Below are positions 32,855 to 42,346 of a stretch of DNA of 42,346 nucleotides, piece by piece. The position numbers and the translations under genes are program-made. The first letter of the stretch is position 1. Each line of letters begins with the position of its first letter. The stretch lies in NCBI GenBank assembly GCA_965231005.1, contig OZ246405.1:431877-474222 (forward strand). Direction: 5' to 3'. Source of the stretch: an uncultured Gammaproteobacteria bacterium (GTDB lineage: Bacteria > Patescibacteriota > Patescibacteriia > Magasanikbacterales > UBA922). The notes below the pieces were generated by a model, which was not told the DNA's origin, made no database searches, and saw nothing but the letters and a program-made list of their open reading frames with translations.

Positions 32855-33499
32855 ATGTTTATTATAGACTTTGACGATACATTATTTGATACACAAGCGT
32901 TCAAGCAAAAACGTTTTGATGCTCTTGCTGCAATTGGTGTTTCAGAAAACATGTATTGGGAGTCATATGGAAAAGCAAGAAACACAAGTGATGGGTTATT
33001 TACATACTCAAATGAACGGCATGCACATATATTAGAAGAGTATGGTTTTTCCTATGATGAAGTATTGACTGCTTTGGAAGAAACATCGTCAGACAACGCA
33101 TTACAATCATTATTGTTTGAAGATACCATTTTATTTTTAGAATCAATAAAAAAATATCTTGAGCCAATGGTGTTGTTAAGTCTTGGAGATTCTTCTTTTC
33201 AAGAATTAAAAACAAAAGGGACTGGTGTGACATCATTTTTTGATAAAGTATATTTTGTAAATGAAAAAAAAGAACAGACCATTCGACACATTTTGCAAAA
33301 TAAAGATGATGAACATGTTTGGTTTATTAACGACAAGATTGATGAAACAGTATTTATCGCAAAGGAATTTCCACAAATTCATTCTGCAATAAAAATGGCG
33401 AAACATATTTCTAAAGAAGAATATGCTTCGTCTGGAATTATTCATTTTCAAACGCTAACAGAAATAGCACAATATGTTAAAGAACAGCATTCCACATAA
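32855..33499 (+). CDS. HAD-superfamily hydrolase
   Basis: N-terminal FIIDFDDTLFDT (DxDxT motif I). Confidence 0.6.
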   Translation: MFIIDFDDTLFDTQAFKQKRFDALAAIGVSENMYWESYGKARNTSDGLFTYSNERHAHILEEYGFSYDEVLTALEETSSDNALQSLLFEDTILFLESIKKYLEPMVLLSLGDSSFQELKTKGTGVTSFFDKVYFVNEKKEQTIRHILQNKDDEHVWFINDKIDETVFIAKEFPQIHSAIKMAKHISKEEYASSGIIHFQTLTEIAQYVKEQHST

Positions 33500-34238
33500 T
33501 GTCGGCGCAGTCGTTCTCGCTGCAGGCAAAGGAACACGCCTGGGTTGTACAGATAAGCCAAAGGTCATGCTTGAAATTGGTGGAAAACCAATTCTCCATT
33601 ATATTTTAGAAACACTTCGCGCAGCAGGATTTAGAAAAAAACAAATTGCTGTTGTTGTGGGGTTTGAAGCAAATAAAATTAAGGAATATTTTAAAGAACA
33701 AGTCAGCTATGCTCTTCAAGAAGAACAATTAGGAACAGGACACGCTGCATATATTGGTATGCGTTCACTGCCACCATCCATCGATCAAGTACTTGTGGTG
33801 AGTGGAGATGATAGTGCATTTTATACAGTAAACACATTGAAAGAATTAATTGCATCTCACATTGCATCGAACTCAACATTATCACTTCTTACTGTTGATG
33901 TTGAAAAGCCAGATGAACTTGGGCGGGTTATCCGTGATGGGAAAAATTTTCGTGTGCTTGAAAAAGAGCAAATTACAGAAAAACAAAAAAAGATTAAAGA
34001 AGTAAGTACTGGGACCTATTGTTTCAAAAGAGCATGGTTTGAAGAAATGTTTCTAAACATGCCACTTATCCCACAGCTCGGAGAATACGGATTGAATACA
34101 AGCACATCTGCAGTGCTCGAAAGTGGGTTACTTATGCAAGCGATTAAGTTAGAACATTCAGATGAATGGTTTGGCATAAATACGAAAAAGCAATTAGAAG
34201 AAGCAGAACAAAGAAAATATAACCAACTGACTAAATAA
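33474..34238 (+). CDS. Sugar-1-phosphate nucleotidyltransferase, GlmU N-terminal-domain-like, without an acetyltransferase domain
   Basis: VVLAAGKGTRLG, KPKVMLEIGGKPIL and QLGTGHA resemble the GlmU pyrophosphorylase domain. At 254 aa there is no left-handed beta-helix region. Confidence 0.65.
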   Translation: MLKNSIPHNVGAVVLAAGKGTRLGCTDKPKVMLEIGGKPILHYILETLRAAGFRKKQIAVVVGFEANKIKEYFKEQVSYALQEEQLGTGHAAYIGMRSLPPSIDQVLVVSGDDSAFYTVNTLKELIASHIASNSTLSLLTVDVEKPDELGRVIRDGKNFRVLEKEQITEKQKKIKEVSTGTYCFKRAWFEEMFLNMPLIPQLGEYGLNTSTSAVLESGLLMQAIKLEHSDEWFGINTKKQLEEAEQRKYNQLTK

Positions 34239-34250
34239 TTTTTCATAATT

Positions 34251-35399
34251 ATGAAAACACTAACCTACGACAAGACAAAAGGAGGCTGGGATCATTCTCG
34301 TGGAATGTGGCTTGATGAGTCTGAAAAACCAGTCCTACATGAAAATGAAAAAGAATTTGTCATCTTAAAAATGCGGTTTGCTGGATTTTGTGGTAGTGAT
34401 AAAGGAATTTGGAATCGGGCGTCTTTTAAAGACATGATCGAAGATTCAATTGAAAAAGAATCAAAAGACAAAAGAGTTATTGGTCATGAATTGTTGGCAG
34501 AGATTGTCGAGGCTGGATCTGCTGTACAAGAAACATATAATTTGAATGTTGGCGACATTGTTTCTGCCGAGTCACACATTGCCTGCGGAGAATGTTATCA
34601 ATGTCAGCGTGGAAATTTTCACGTATGTGCCGATGATATTATTATTGGTATTTCACAAGATGGATGTTTTTCCGAATATGTAAAGTTGCCTGCAAAAATT
34701 TTATGGAAAACAGATACGCAAGTGATTGATGAGCGTGTTGCATCTATTCAAGAACCATTTGGTAATGCTGTTCATGCGTGTTCAAAAGTTCCGCTCAGAG
34801 GAAAAACAGTTGCAATTTTTGGTTGCGGATCAATTGGTTCATTGTGCATTATTATTGCAAAAGGTATGGGTGCAGCAAAAATTATTGGGATTGATGTTGG
34901 CGAAGAAAGTCTTGCGCTTGCAAAAGAGTTAGGAGCGGACGAGGTCATTCGAATTCAACCAGGTGAACATAAAGAGCATGACTGGGCAGCTGACGAAGAT
35001 GTTGTCGAACAAATTCAAGCATATACAGATGGGGTTGGTGTTGATGTTGCGTTTGAAATGGCAGGATTTAATTCGAGTGTAAATAATGCAATTCAGTCAA
35101 CATGTCGTGGAGGAGAGGTTATTTTGTTCGGACTAAAATCTGGAGATTTCATTATGCAAAATTTTGAAAAAATGATCCGGGATGGGATAACGCTGCATAG
35201 TATTATAGGAAGACGACTTTGGGAAACATGGGAAACAACCAAAAAACTTTTGGAAGACAAAAGTAATGGAATTCATGATGCGATTATCAAAAAAATTCTT
35301 AGAGATTTTAATGGTTCTGTTATTGACTTTGCTGAATTTAACAGAGAGAAGTTCGAGGAAAAATTAAAGCAGTTTCCAAAATTAATTTTTAAATTCTAG
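34251..35399 (+). CDS. tdh: L-threonine 3-dehydrogenase (Zn-dependent MDR)
   Basis: GHE motif, structural-zinc [15 protein letters not shown], GxGxxG FGCGSIG. Adjacent to kbl. Confidence 0.8.
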   Translation: MKTLTYDKTKGGWDHSRGMWLDESEKPVLHENEKEFVILKMRFAGFCGSDKGIWNRASFKDMIEDSIEKESKDKRVIGHELLAEIVEAGSAVQETYNLNVGDIVSAESHIACGECYQCQRGNFHVCADDIIIGISQDGCFSEYVKLPAKILWKTDTQVIDERVASIQEPFGNAVHACSKVPLRGKTVAIFGCGSIGSLCIIIAKGMGAAKIIGIDVGEESLALAKELGADEVIRIQPGEHKEHDWAADEDVVEQIQAYTDGVGVDVAFEMAGFNSSVNNAIQSTCRGGEVILFGLKSGDFIMQNFEKMIRDGITLHSIIGRRLWETWETTKKLLEDKSNGIHDAIIKKILRDFNGSVIDFAEFNREKFEEKLKQFPKLIFKF

Positions 35400-35403
35400 G
35401 TGT

Positions 35404-36600
35404 ATGTTTGGAAAGATGAAACAAGTTATTTCAGAGCAGCTCCAAGAGATTGAAAGTCTGAATCTTTCAAAAGATGAAAGATTTTTAGAGGGTCCGCAAG
35501 GAGTTGTCATTACATCTGGCGGGAAAGAGGTTTTAAATTTCTGTGCAAATAATTACCTTGGTCTTGCAAACAATGCAGAGGTAAAGGAAGCAGCACAAGA
35601 AACCATAGACAAGTGGGGTTTTGGCATGTCTTCTGTTCGTTTTATTTGTGGAACTCAAAATCAGCATAAAGAATTAGAAAAAAGTATAAGTAATTTTTTG
35701 GGGACAGATGACACAATATTATATTCATCGTGTTTTGACGCAAACACAGGACTCTTCGAAACATTGTTAACTGCTGAAGATGCAATTATTTCTGATCAAT
35801 TAAATCATGCCTCCATTATAGATGGTATTCGATTGTGCAAAGCAGAAAGACATAGATTTGCACACAGCAATATGGAAGAGCTCGAAGAGATATTAAAGAA
35901 AACACAAGACAAACGTTTTCGAATGATTGCAACCGACGGTGTGTTTAGTATGGACGGCGATGTCGCGAAATTAAAAGAAATCTGTGATCTTGCAGACAAG
36001 TACGATGCTGTTGTTATGGTGGATGACTCTCATGCAACAGGATTTTTTGGAGAAACAGGAAAAGGAACAATTGAATATTGTGGTGTAGAAGGTAGGGTAG
36101 ATATTATTACGTCGACACTTGGAAAAGCACTTGGTGGTGCGAGTGGTGGTTTTACAAGTGGAAGAAAAGAAATCATTTCCTATTTGCGACAACGGTCTCG
36201 CCCATACTTATTTTCAAATACACTTGCACCGGTTATTGTTGGAACAACATGCAAAATTTTTGAATTACTTTCTCAAAAGGCAGATGCACTACATACGTTA
36301 AGAGAAAATACAGCATACTTTAGAGAAAAAATGGCTGCAGCAGGATTTGAACTCCACGGAACAGACCATCCAATTGTTCCGGTTATGCTGTATGAAGCGA
36401 AAATTGCAAAAGAAATGTCCGAGAAACTTTTAGAAAAAGGGATTTATGTTATAGGATTTAGTTTTCCGGTTGTACCAAAAGGACAAGCAAGAATCAGAGT
36501 ACAAATTTCTGCAGCACACGAAAAACAACATTTGGACAGATGTATAGAAGCGTTTACAGAAGTTGGAAAACAAATGAATATAATTAGTAATAATCAATAA
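35404..36600 (+). CDS. kbl: 2-amino-3-ketobutyrate CoA ligase (glycine C-acetyltransferase)
   Basis: AONS-family PLP enzyme: [26 protein letters not shown] (PLP Lys). Confidence 0.88.
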   Translation: MFGKMKQVISEQLQEIESLNLSKDERFLEGPQGVVITSGGKEVLNFCANNYLGLANNAEVKEAAQETIDKWGFGMSSVRFICGTQNQHKELEKSISNFLGTDDTILYSSCFDANTGLFETLLTAEDAIISDQLNHASIIDGIRLCKAERHRFAHSNMEELEEILKKTQDKRFRMIATDGVFSMDGDVAKLKEICDLADKYDAVVMVDDSHATGFFGETGKGTIEYCGVEGRVDIITSTLGKALGGASGGFTSGRKEIISYLRQRSRPYLFSNTLAPVIVGTTCKIFELLSQKADALHTLRENTAYFREKMAAAGFELHGTDHPIVPVMLYEAKIAKEMSEKLLEKGIYVIGFSFPVVPKGQARIRVQISAAHEKQHLDRCIEAFTEVGKQMNIISNNQ

Positions 36601-36604
36601 TAGT

Positions 36605-38428
36605 ATGTGTGGAATCATTGGTTACATTGGACCTAAAAAAGCAACACCAATTTTGTTAAATGGCTTGCGTCGTTTAGAATATCGTGGCTATGACAGTGCA
36701 GGAATTGCTGTATTTCGCGATGGAGAAATTGCGAGTGTTAAAGTTGTGGGAAAAATTGAAGCACTTACAGAAAAAGCAAGTTTATATTCTCATGAAGCAA
36801 CGATTGGTATTGCGCATACTCGTTGGGCAACGCATGGTGGTGTGACAGAGGAAAATGCACATCCACACATTGTTATGGATGGAAAACTTGCACTTGTTCA
36901 CAACGGTATTATTGAAAACTATCGAGAAATTCGCGAAAAACTTGGAGATGCATATACATATACATCGCAAACAGACTCAGAAGTTCTTGCACATCTTATT
37001 GCTTCTCATTATAACGGCGATCTAAAACAAGCAGTCAAAGGAGCACTGCAACATGTTCGCGGAACATATGGCATTGTTGTGATGCACAAAGATCATCCAG
37101 ATCTTCTTATTGCTGCACGCATGGGAAGTCCACTTGTTATTGGTATGAATGAAGACGAATATTTCATTGCAAGTGATGCCACACCAATTTTAGGTCATAC
37201 AAAAAAAGTTATGTTCCTTGATGATGGAGAAGTCGCTGAAATTTCTTTAAACGGTGTACAAACATTTAATTTAAAAGACGAACATGTTGTAAAATGTGTT
37301 GAACAAATTGAATGGGATGATGCACAAGCAGAAAAACAAGGGTTTGATCACTTCATGTTAAAAGAAATTCATGATCAGCCAACAGTATTTAAAGATGCTA
37401 TTCGTGGACGGTATGATCTAGAAGAAGGAACAGCACATTTAGGTGGGCTAAACATGACTGAACAAGAAATGCAAAATATCGAACGGATTATTCTCATCGC
37501 CTGTGGAACAGCAAGTTATGCTGCCATGGTTGGAAAGTATGCATTTGAACGACTTGCAGGAATCCCAACAGAAGTTGATATTGCAAGTGAATTTCGTTAT
37601 AGAGATCCAATTATTAACAAAAATACATTGGTATTTGGTATTTCCCAATCTGGTGAAACTGCAGATACCATTGCTGCACTTAGAGAAGCAAAACGGAAGG
37701 GTGCGTATGTTCGCGGTATTGTAAATGTTGTTGGCTCCACAATAGCAAGAGAAACAGATGGTGGAACATATATTCATGCTGGACCAGAGCTTGCTGTTGC
37801 ATCTACAAAAGCCTATACAAACATGATTGCTATTCTTCTTCTGTATGCAATTGAATTTGGAAGAATCAAACGTGTAACACTTGCAACAGGACAGCGACTA
37901 TTGAACGCGCTTATTGAAATTCCAGAAAAGATGAAAAGTATTTTGGAACAAGATGAACACATTAAAAAGATCGCAGAAAAATATAAAGACATGAAAAATT
38001 GTTTCTTCCTTGGTCGAGGAAATAATTTCCCAGTTGCTCTGGAAGGTTCATTGAAACTAAAAGAAATTTCTTACATTCACAGTGAAGCATATCCAGGAGG
38101 TGAAATGAAACACGGACCAATTGCATTGTTGTCAGAAACATTCCCAGTCATTGCAATCATGACAAAGAATCAATTATACGACAAAATGAGAAGCAACATA
38201 GAAGAAGCAAAAGCCCGGAAAGCAAAAATGATTCTTATTGCAACAGAAGGAGATGAATCTGCAAAAGAATTATCAGATGATGTAATTTATGTTCCGGCAA
38301 CAATGGAATTATTACAACCATTATTAAATTCAATTATCTTACAGCTATTTGCGTATCACATTTCTGTTGCACTTGGTCGAGATGTAGATAGGCCAAGGAA
38401 TTTGGCAAAGTCAGTCACTGTTGAATAA
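36605..38428 (+). CDS. glmS: Glutamine--fructose-6-phosphate aminotransferase
   Basis: MCGIIGY N-terminal nucleophile, two SIS domains (GISQSGETADT), C-terminal AKSVTVE. Confidence 0.95.
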   Translation: MCGIIGYIGPKKATPILLNGLRRLEYRGYDSAGIAVFRDGEIASVKVVGKIEALTEKASLYSHEATIGIAHTRWATHGGVTEENAHPHIVMDGKLALVHNGIIENYREIREKLGDAYTYTSQTDSEVLAHLIASHYNGDLKQAVKGALQHVRGTYGIVVMHKDHPDLLIAARMGSPLVIGMNEDEYFIASDATPILGHTKKVMFLDDGEVAEISLNGVQTFNLKDEHVVKCVEQIEWDDAQAEKQGFDHFMLKEIHDQPTVFKDAIRGRYDLEEGTAHLGGLNMTEQEMQNIERIILIACGTASYAAMVGKYAFERLAGIPTEVDIASEFRYRDPIINKNTLVFGISQSGETADTIAALREAKRKGAYVRGIVNVVGSTIARETDGGTYIHAGPELAVASTKAYTNMIAILLLYAIEFGRIKRVTLATGQRLLNALIEIPEKMKSILEQDEHIKKIAEKYKDMKNCFFLGRGNNFPVALEGSLKLKEISYIHSEAYPGGEMKHGPIALLSETFPVIAIMTKNQLYDKMRSNIEEAKARKAKMILIATEGDESAKELSDDVIYVPATMELLQPLLNSIILQLFAYHISVALGRDVDRPRNLAKSVTVE

Positions 38429-38434
38429 TTATAT

Positions 38435-39394
38435 ATGAGTAAAGACAAAAAAAATGTTGTTGTCGTTGGTGGGGGGAATGGAAGTGCGACGTCTATTCGT
38501 GCGCTGAAGGCATACAAAGATGACTTTAATATTTCAACCGTTGTGTCTACAAGTGACTCCGGCGGTTCTTCTGGTCGCCTTAGAAAAGAATTTAATACAT
38601 TGCCAACTGGTGATATTTTGCGTGCAGTACTTGCACTTTCATCGCAAGATTATCGAACACTGAAACATATTTTTTATGGAAAACGGTTTGATGGAGTTGG
38701 AAAATTAGATAAACACAATCTTGGTAATTTATTTCTTGTGTTTGCAGAGCAGTATGATGGTAGTTTTATGCATGCGCTTCGTGCACTTGAACAGTCCCTC
38801 GATGCTGTGGGTCATGCGCATCCTATGACACTTGAACAATCTGATCTTTGTGTTGAAATGACAGACGGAACAATCGTTTGTGGTGAGCATGAAATTGATA
38901 GGCCAACAGATGGTGGAAGTTCAAGAATAAAACGAGCATGGCTTGATCCAGAACCAACACTTTATCCAGAAGCAAAAAAGGCAATCGAAGAAGCTGATTA
39001 CATTATTTTTGGTCCAGGAAGTTTGTATTGCAGTATTATTCCAAATTTATTAGTAAAGGGAATGCAAGAGGCAATTGAAAAATCAAATGCAATTCTTGGA
39101 TACATTGCAGGAAATGCATATGAAACAAAAGGTGAGCGCGGTCCAGAAACATTGTGTGAATTCATTGACGCTTTGGAAGAATATTTACCACGTCAACTTG
39201 ACTGTACTGTATACAATAATCATGTATTATCTGAATCAGATATAAAAAAATATAAACAAAAGGAGTGGACACCGATTATATATGATGAAGACGCATGTAA
39301 GAAACACAAAATTATTCAAGGTGACTATGAAAAAACATATGGTGGGCTTGATATTGATCGTCTTGGTGCGTTGTTTCAGGATTGTATAGAATAA
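38435..39394 (+). CDS. YvcK/CofD-family gluconeogenesis-factor-like protein
   Basis: VVVGGGNGS, SDSGGSSGRLR, GPGSLYCSIIPNLLV, typical of the UPF0052/YvcK family. Confidence 0.8.
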   Translation: MSKDKKNVVVVGGGNGSATSIRALKAYKDDFNISTVVSTSDSGGSSGRLRKEFNTLPTGDILRAVLALSSQDYRTLKHIFYGKRFDGVGKLDKHNLGNLFLVFAEQYDGSFMHALRALEQSLDAVGHAHPMTLEQSDLCVEMTDGTIVCGEHEIDRPTDGGSSRIKRAWLDPEPTLYPEAKKAIEEADYIIFGPGSLYCSIIPNLLVKGMQEAIEKSNAILGYIAGNAYETKGERGPETLCEFIDALEEYLPRQLDCTVYNNHVLSESDIKKYKQKEWTPIIYDEDACKKHKIIQGDYEKTYGGLDIDRLGALFQDCIE

Positions 39395-39426
39395 AACGCA
39401 AAAAGGCTAAAAGGCCAAAAGGTCTC
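39394..39426. repeat. 9-bp-periodic repeat family, short half copy H
   Basis: AAAACGC AAAAAGGC TAAAAGGC CAAAAGGTC starts at the stop codon of the yvcK-like gene. Unit length here is 8-9 bp. Confidence 0.6.
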
Positions 39427-39448
39427 TTAAATTAAATGTTTATTACAT

Positions 39449-39784
39449 ATGGAGTTAAAAAAAGAACAATTAGAAACAAAGGCTATTAAGATCACTGTTG
39501 AGGAAGATGGAAAAACAGTTGGTCGTGCATCATTATTTCTTATTACAAATGACTTACATGATGAACCATATGGTTTGTTAGAAGATGTGTTTGTAGATGA
39601 AGCATATCGTAGCAAAGGATTTGGCAGACAACTGGTAAAAGCTGTCATACAAGAAGCAAAGGACCAAGGATGTAGAAAACTTATTGGTCAGAGTAGATAT
39701 GGTAGGGAAAAAGTTCATGCACTGTATCTTGATTTAGGATTCAATGACCATGGGAAAAATTTTAGAATGGATTTTATTAAATAA
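39449..39784 (+). CDS. GNAT family N-acetyltransferase (small)
   Basis: VFVDEAYRSKGFGRQLVKAVIQEAK (motif A) in 111 aa. Confidence 0.65.
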   Translation: MELKKEQLETKAIKITVEEDGKTVGRASLFLITNDLHDEPYGLLEDVFVDEAYRSKGFGRQLVKAVIQEAKDQGCRKLIGQSRYGREKVHALYLDLGFNDHGKNFRMDFIK

Positions 39785-39861
39785 TATATTCTGTAGTGTT
39801 TTTTAACACAATTGGGCAGGGATTGTCATCCTGTATTAATTCTTGATACTAAGATATTTGT

Positions 39862-41034
39862 ATGAATTTATATGAATTTGAGGGAAAGCAACTATTTCAA
39901 AAAAGTGGTATTGCAATACCAAAAGGTGTTGTTGTAAAAAGAGGAGATGATGCTAAAAAAGCGTACGAAGATTTGGGTATTACAGATGTTGTTGTTAAGG
40001 CGCAGGTTCTTTCTGGGAAGCGTGGAAAGAACAACGGTATTCGTTTTTGTTCAAATGCAGATGAAGTAGCTCAAGCAGTGCAAGAAGTGTTTGATCTTGA
40101 AATTCGTGGACAATATGTTGCAGCAATTCGTATTGAAGAAAAATTAGAAATTGAAGAAGAGCATTATCTTTCCATTACATATAATACAAATAAAAAACAA
40201 CCAGTCTTGATTTATAGCGCAGAAGGAGGAGTAGATATTGAAGAAGTTCCAGAAGAAAAAATTGCAAAACATTTTTTAAAGATTGATCAAGAAGACGTCA
40301 ATGTTGAAAGCCAGATTCCATTTGTACAAGAACTATGGAAATGTTTCATAGATAATGATACTCGTCTGGTTGAAATAAATCCGCTTGTGAAAACGAAAGA
40401 TGGAACATGGATTGCAGCCGATGCAAAAGTTGCAATTGATGATGATGCATTTTTTAGACATGAAGAGTGGGATCCATCAAAATCAGAAGAAGGGTTTGAG
40501 CCTCGCACTATGATGGGACGCCCACCAACAGAACGTGAAGTCAAAGTAAAAGAAATTGACAAAGGTGAAGGGTATTACAGAGGGACCGCAGGAAAATACA
40601 TTGAAATGGATGGGAATATTGCAGTGCTGTTTTCTGGAGGAGGAGCAAGTATTGCAAACATGGATGAATTACAAAAAAATGGATTGAATGCAGCAAATTA
40701 CACAGAATACTCTGGGAATCCTCCTGAAGAAAAAGTTGCAGCACTTGCTAAAATTGTTTTGTCAAAACAAGATTTAAAAGGGCTTTGGATTGCAGGTGGT
40801 GTTTCAAACTTTACAGATGTTGCCGCAACGTTTAAAGGAATCATTGCTGCACTTGATGATTTAAAACCAACATATCCTATTGTTGTTCGAAGAGCTGGTT
40901 TAAATGATGAAGAAGGTATGAAACTTATGAAAGAATGTGGTGAAAGAAATAATTTAAATATGAAACTTTTTGGCAAAGAAGTCTCAATGGGTGAAACAGC
41001 AAGGGTCCTTGCCGACATGGTAAGTGCATTATAA
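39862..41034 (+). CDS. ATP-grasp beta subunit of ATP-citrate lyase / citryl-CoA synthetase type (SucC-like)
   Basis: MNLYEFEGKQLF ATP-grasp N-terminus. NYTEYSGNPPEE matches the ACL signature (ANYGEYSGAP) rather than the SucC ANFLDVGGGA. Confidence 0.7.
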   Translation: MNLYEFEGKQLFQKSGIAIPKGVVVKRGDDAKKAYEDLGITDVVVKAQVLSGKRGKNNGIRFCSNADEVAQAVQEVFDLEIRGQYVAAIRIEEKLEIEEEHYLSITYNTNKKQPVLIYSAEGGVDIEEVPEEKIAKHFLKIDQEDVNVESQIPFVQELWKCFIDNDTRLVEINPLVKTKDGTWIAADAKVAIDDDAFFRHEEWDPSKSEEGFEPRTMMGRPPTEREVKVKEIDKGEGYYRGTAGKYIEMDGNIAVLFSGGGASIANMDELQKNGLNAANYTEYSGNPPEEKVAALAKIVLSKQDLKGLWIAGGVSNFTDVAATFKGIIAALDDLKPTYPIVVRRAGLNDEEGMKLMKECGERNNLNMKLFGKEVSMGETARVLADMVSAL

Positions 41035-41061
41035 TTTATTTATATTATTACGTAATCTTAT

Positions 41062-41958
41062 ATGGGAATCCTCATTGACAATAATACAAAAGTTTTGATT
41101 CAAGGAATTACAGGAAAAGAGGGACAAAAGGCTGCGCGATCAATGCTTGATTATTACACAAACGTTGTTGGCGGTGTTCGTCCTGGAAAAGGTGGGGAAA
41201 CAGTATTAGAAAAGCCTGTGTTTAACACAGTCAAAGAAGCAAAAGAACAATTTCCAGATATTACAACAACAGCTATTTATGTTCCACCGTTTGCTGCAAA
41301 AAAAGCAATCATGGAAGCTGTTGATGAAGATATTCCGTATATCAATACAATTATTGAGCGTATCCCAATTAGAGATACAGCATATTGTCTTGATGCTGCA
41401 AAAGAAAAAGGTATCCAAATTATTGGACCAAGTTCACTTGGCTATATTACTCCAGGAGTTGGAAGGCTCGGCGTTGTTGGTGGACCAAAACATGCAGCAG
41501 ACAACGTGTTTACTCCAGGAAGTATTGGAATTATTTCTCGTTCTGGAGGAATGACAAATGAAGTGTCATGGCAAGTCCGAAAAGCAGGCATGGGGCAAAG
41601 TACGTCAATTCATGTTGGAGGAGATTTACTTATGGGAACAACATATGCAGATTTGTTAAGACTTTTTGAAAAGGACGAACAGACAAAGGCAGTTATCATT
41701 TTTGGAGAACACGGTGGAAGCTATGAGTTTGAAATTGTTGATCTCATCAATAATAAAGAATTTACAAAACCACTTGCAGTGTATGTTGGTGGAAAATTTG
41801 CAAACGTGCTACCAGAAGGAATGGACATTGGGCATGCTGGGGCAATTGTTGCACCTGGCCAAAGTGCAGAAGAAAAAGAAGAAGCCCTAAAAAATGTTGG
41901 TGTGATGATAGCAGAGCATTATGAAGACCTCGCAGAACTTATCAAACCATATTCATAA
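41062..41958 (+). CDS. CoA-binding alpha subunit of ATP-citrate lyase / citryl-CoA synthetase type (SucD-like)
   Basis: VLIQGITGKEGQ. SRSGGMTNE matches the ACL-type SRSGGMSNE rather than the SucD SRSGTLTYE. Phosphohistidine motif GHAGAIV. Confidence 0.7.
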   Translation: MGILIDNNTKVLIQGITGKEGQKAARSMLDYYTNVVGGVRPGKGGETVLEKPVFNTVKEAKEQFPDITTTAIYVPPFAAKKAIMEAVDEDIPYINTIIERIPIRDTAYCLDAAKEKGIQIIGPSSLGYITPGVGRLGVVGGPKHAADNVFTPGSIGIISRSGGMTNEVSWQVRKAGMGQSTSIHVGGDLLMGTTYADLLRLFEKDEQTKAVIIFGEHGGSYEFEIVDLINNKEFTKPLAVYVGGKFANVLPEGMDIGHAGAIVAPGQSAEEKEEALKNVGVMIAEHYEDLAELIKPYS

Positions 41959-41974
41959 TAAGTAATAATAATGT

Positions 41975-42346
41975 ATGAAATACACAACATCTTTATCTCA
42001 CATGAGTAATGGTAAAGAATCAATTCGAGGATATGATCTTGCAGACCTCATGAAGAAGAAAACATTTGTAGAAACGATTTTTCTTCTATTAAAAGGGGAA
42101 TTGCCCAATGCTGCAGAAGCCGCAATGCTCGATGCACTATTTACTGCTGCAATAGATCATGGTCCTGGTACAGCAAGTTCTCAAACAGCGCGTATTGTTG
42201 CTTCAGCAAAAAATAGTATGCATACCAGTGTTGCAGCTGGTATATTGGCAATGGGACAGCGACATGGAAGTGCAATAGAAGGTGCAGCAAAGTTTTTTCA
42301 AGAAAACAAAGACACTGAAGACGTCCTTGCCCTTGCAAAAACATTA
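41975..42346 (+). CDS. Citrate-synthase-fold protein (citryl-CoA lyase / ACL C-terminal-domain-like), 3'-truncated by the window edge
   Basis: The ATG at 41975 opens a frame that runs to the window end (124 codons; not in the ORF track because there is no stop). IDHGPGTASSQTARIVAS and GQRHGSAIEG parallel the citrate synthase HADHEQNAST and GPLHGGANE blocks. Confidence 0.6.
   Translation, partial: MKYTTSLSHMSNGKESIRGYDLADLMKKKTFVETIFLLLKGELPNAAEAAMLDALFTAAIDHGPGTASSQTARIVASAKNSMHTSVAAGILAMGQRHGSAIEGAAKFFQENKDTEDVLALAKTL

Overview
This is about 42.3 kb of an AT-rich bacterial chromosome, roughly one-third G+C in the 60-nt lines I counted. Host-type content, in order: a 5'-truncated giant ORF, rlmH, several GNATs, an EamA transporter, an AzgA-like purine permease, a CYTH protein and a DpnI-like nuclease. 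Next comes a 23S-5S rRNA operon with its own consensus promoter and no 16S. Its 23S carries a group I intron next to the peptidyl-transferase centre plus two extra helices. Then follow guanine deaminase, Nudix/GNAT/MTase genes, xth, a gluconeogenic block (fbp, class II aldolase-like, gap), a purine PRTase, a TrmB-like regulator, HAD, a GlmU-N-like gene, tdh-kbl, glmS and a yvcK-like gene. An ATP-citrate-lyase-type three-gene cluster runs off the 3' edge. The unlinked intron-bearing 23S, the tiny spacers and the absence of Shine-Dalgarno motifs suggest a reduced CPR/Patescibacteria-like genome; this is inference only. Two things are not ordinary. (1) Seven compact high-GC cassettes (35/60 G+C in the one cassette line I counted) are scattered among the host genes. 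Each has a TTGACW-type -35 (or TTTACA), a 17-bp spacer and a -10-like hexamer, then a leader, a strong G-rich SD, a GC-rich ORF and a GC-stem hairpin. They encode deoC plus a fused ALDH, an organophosphate-antiporter-like MFS, a PpnP-like nucleoside phosphorylase and four orphan proteins. (2) Eight intergenic copies of a repeat family are built from tandem 9-bp units (WWAAAGGCY and its complement), arranged as two inverted arms around an AT-rich spacer. They fill whole intergenic gaps and abut promoters, start codons and stop codons, and four of them bracket high-GC cassettes. No integrase, transposase, tRNA or CRISPR array is visible. All calls rest on reading the sequence and on remembered family motifs; no database search was possible.
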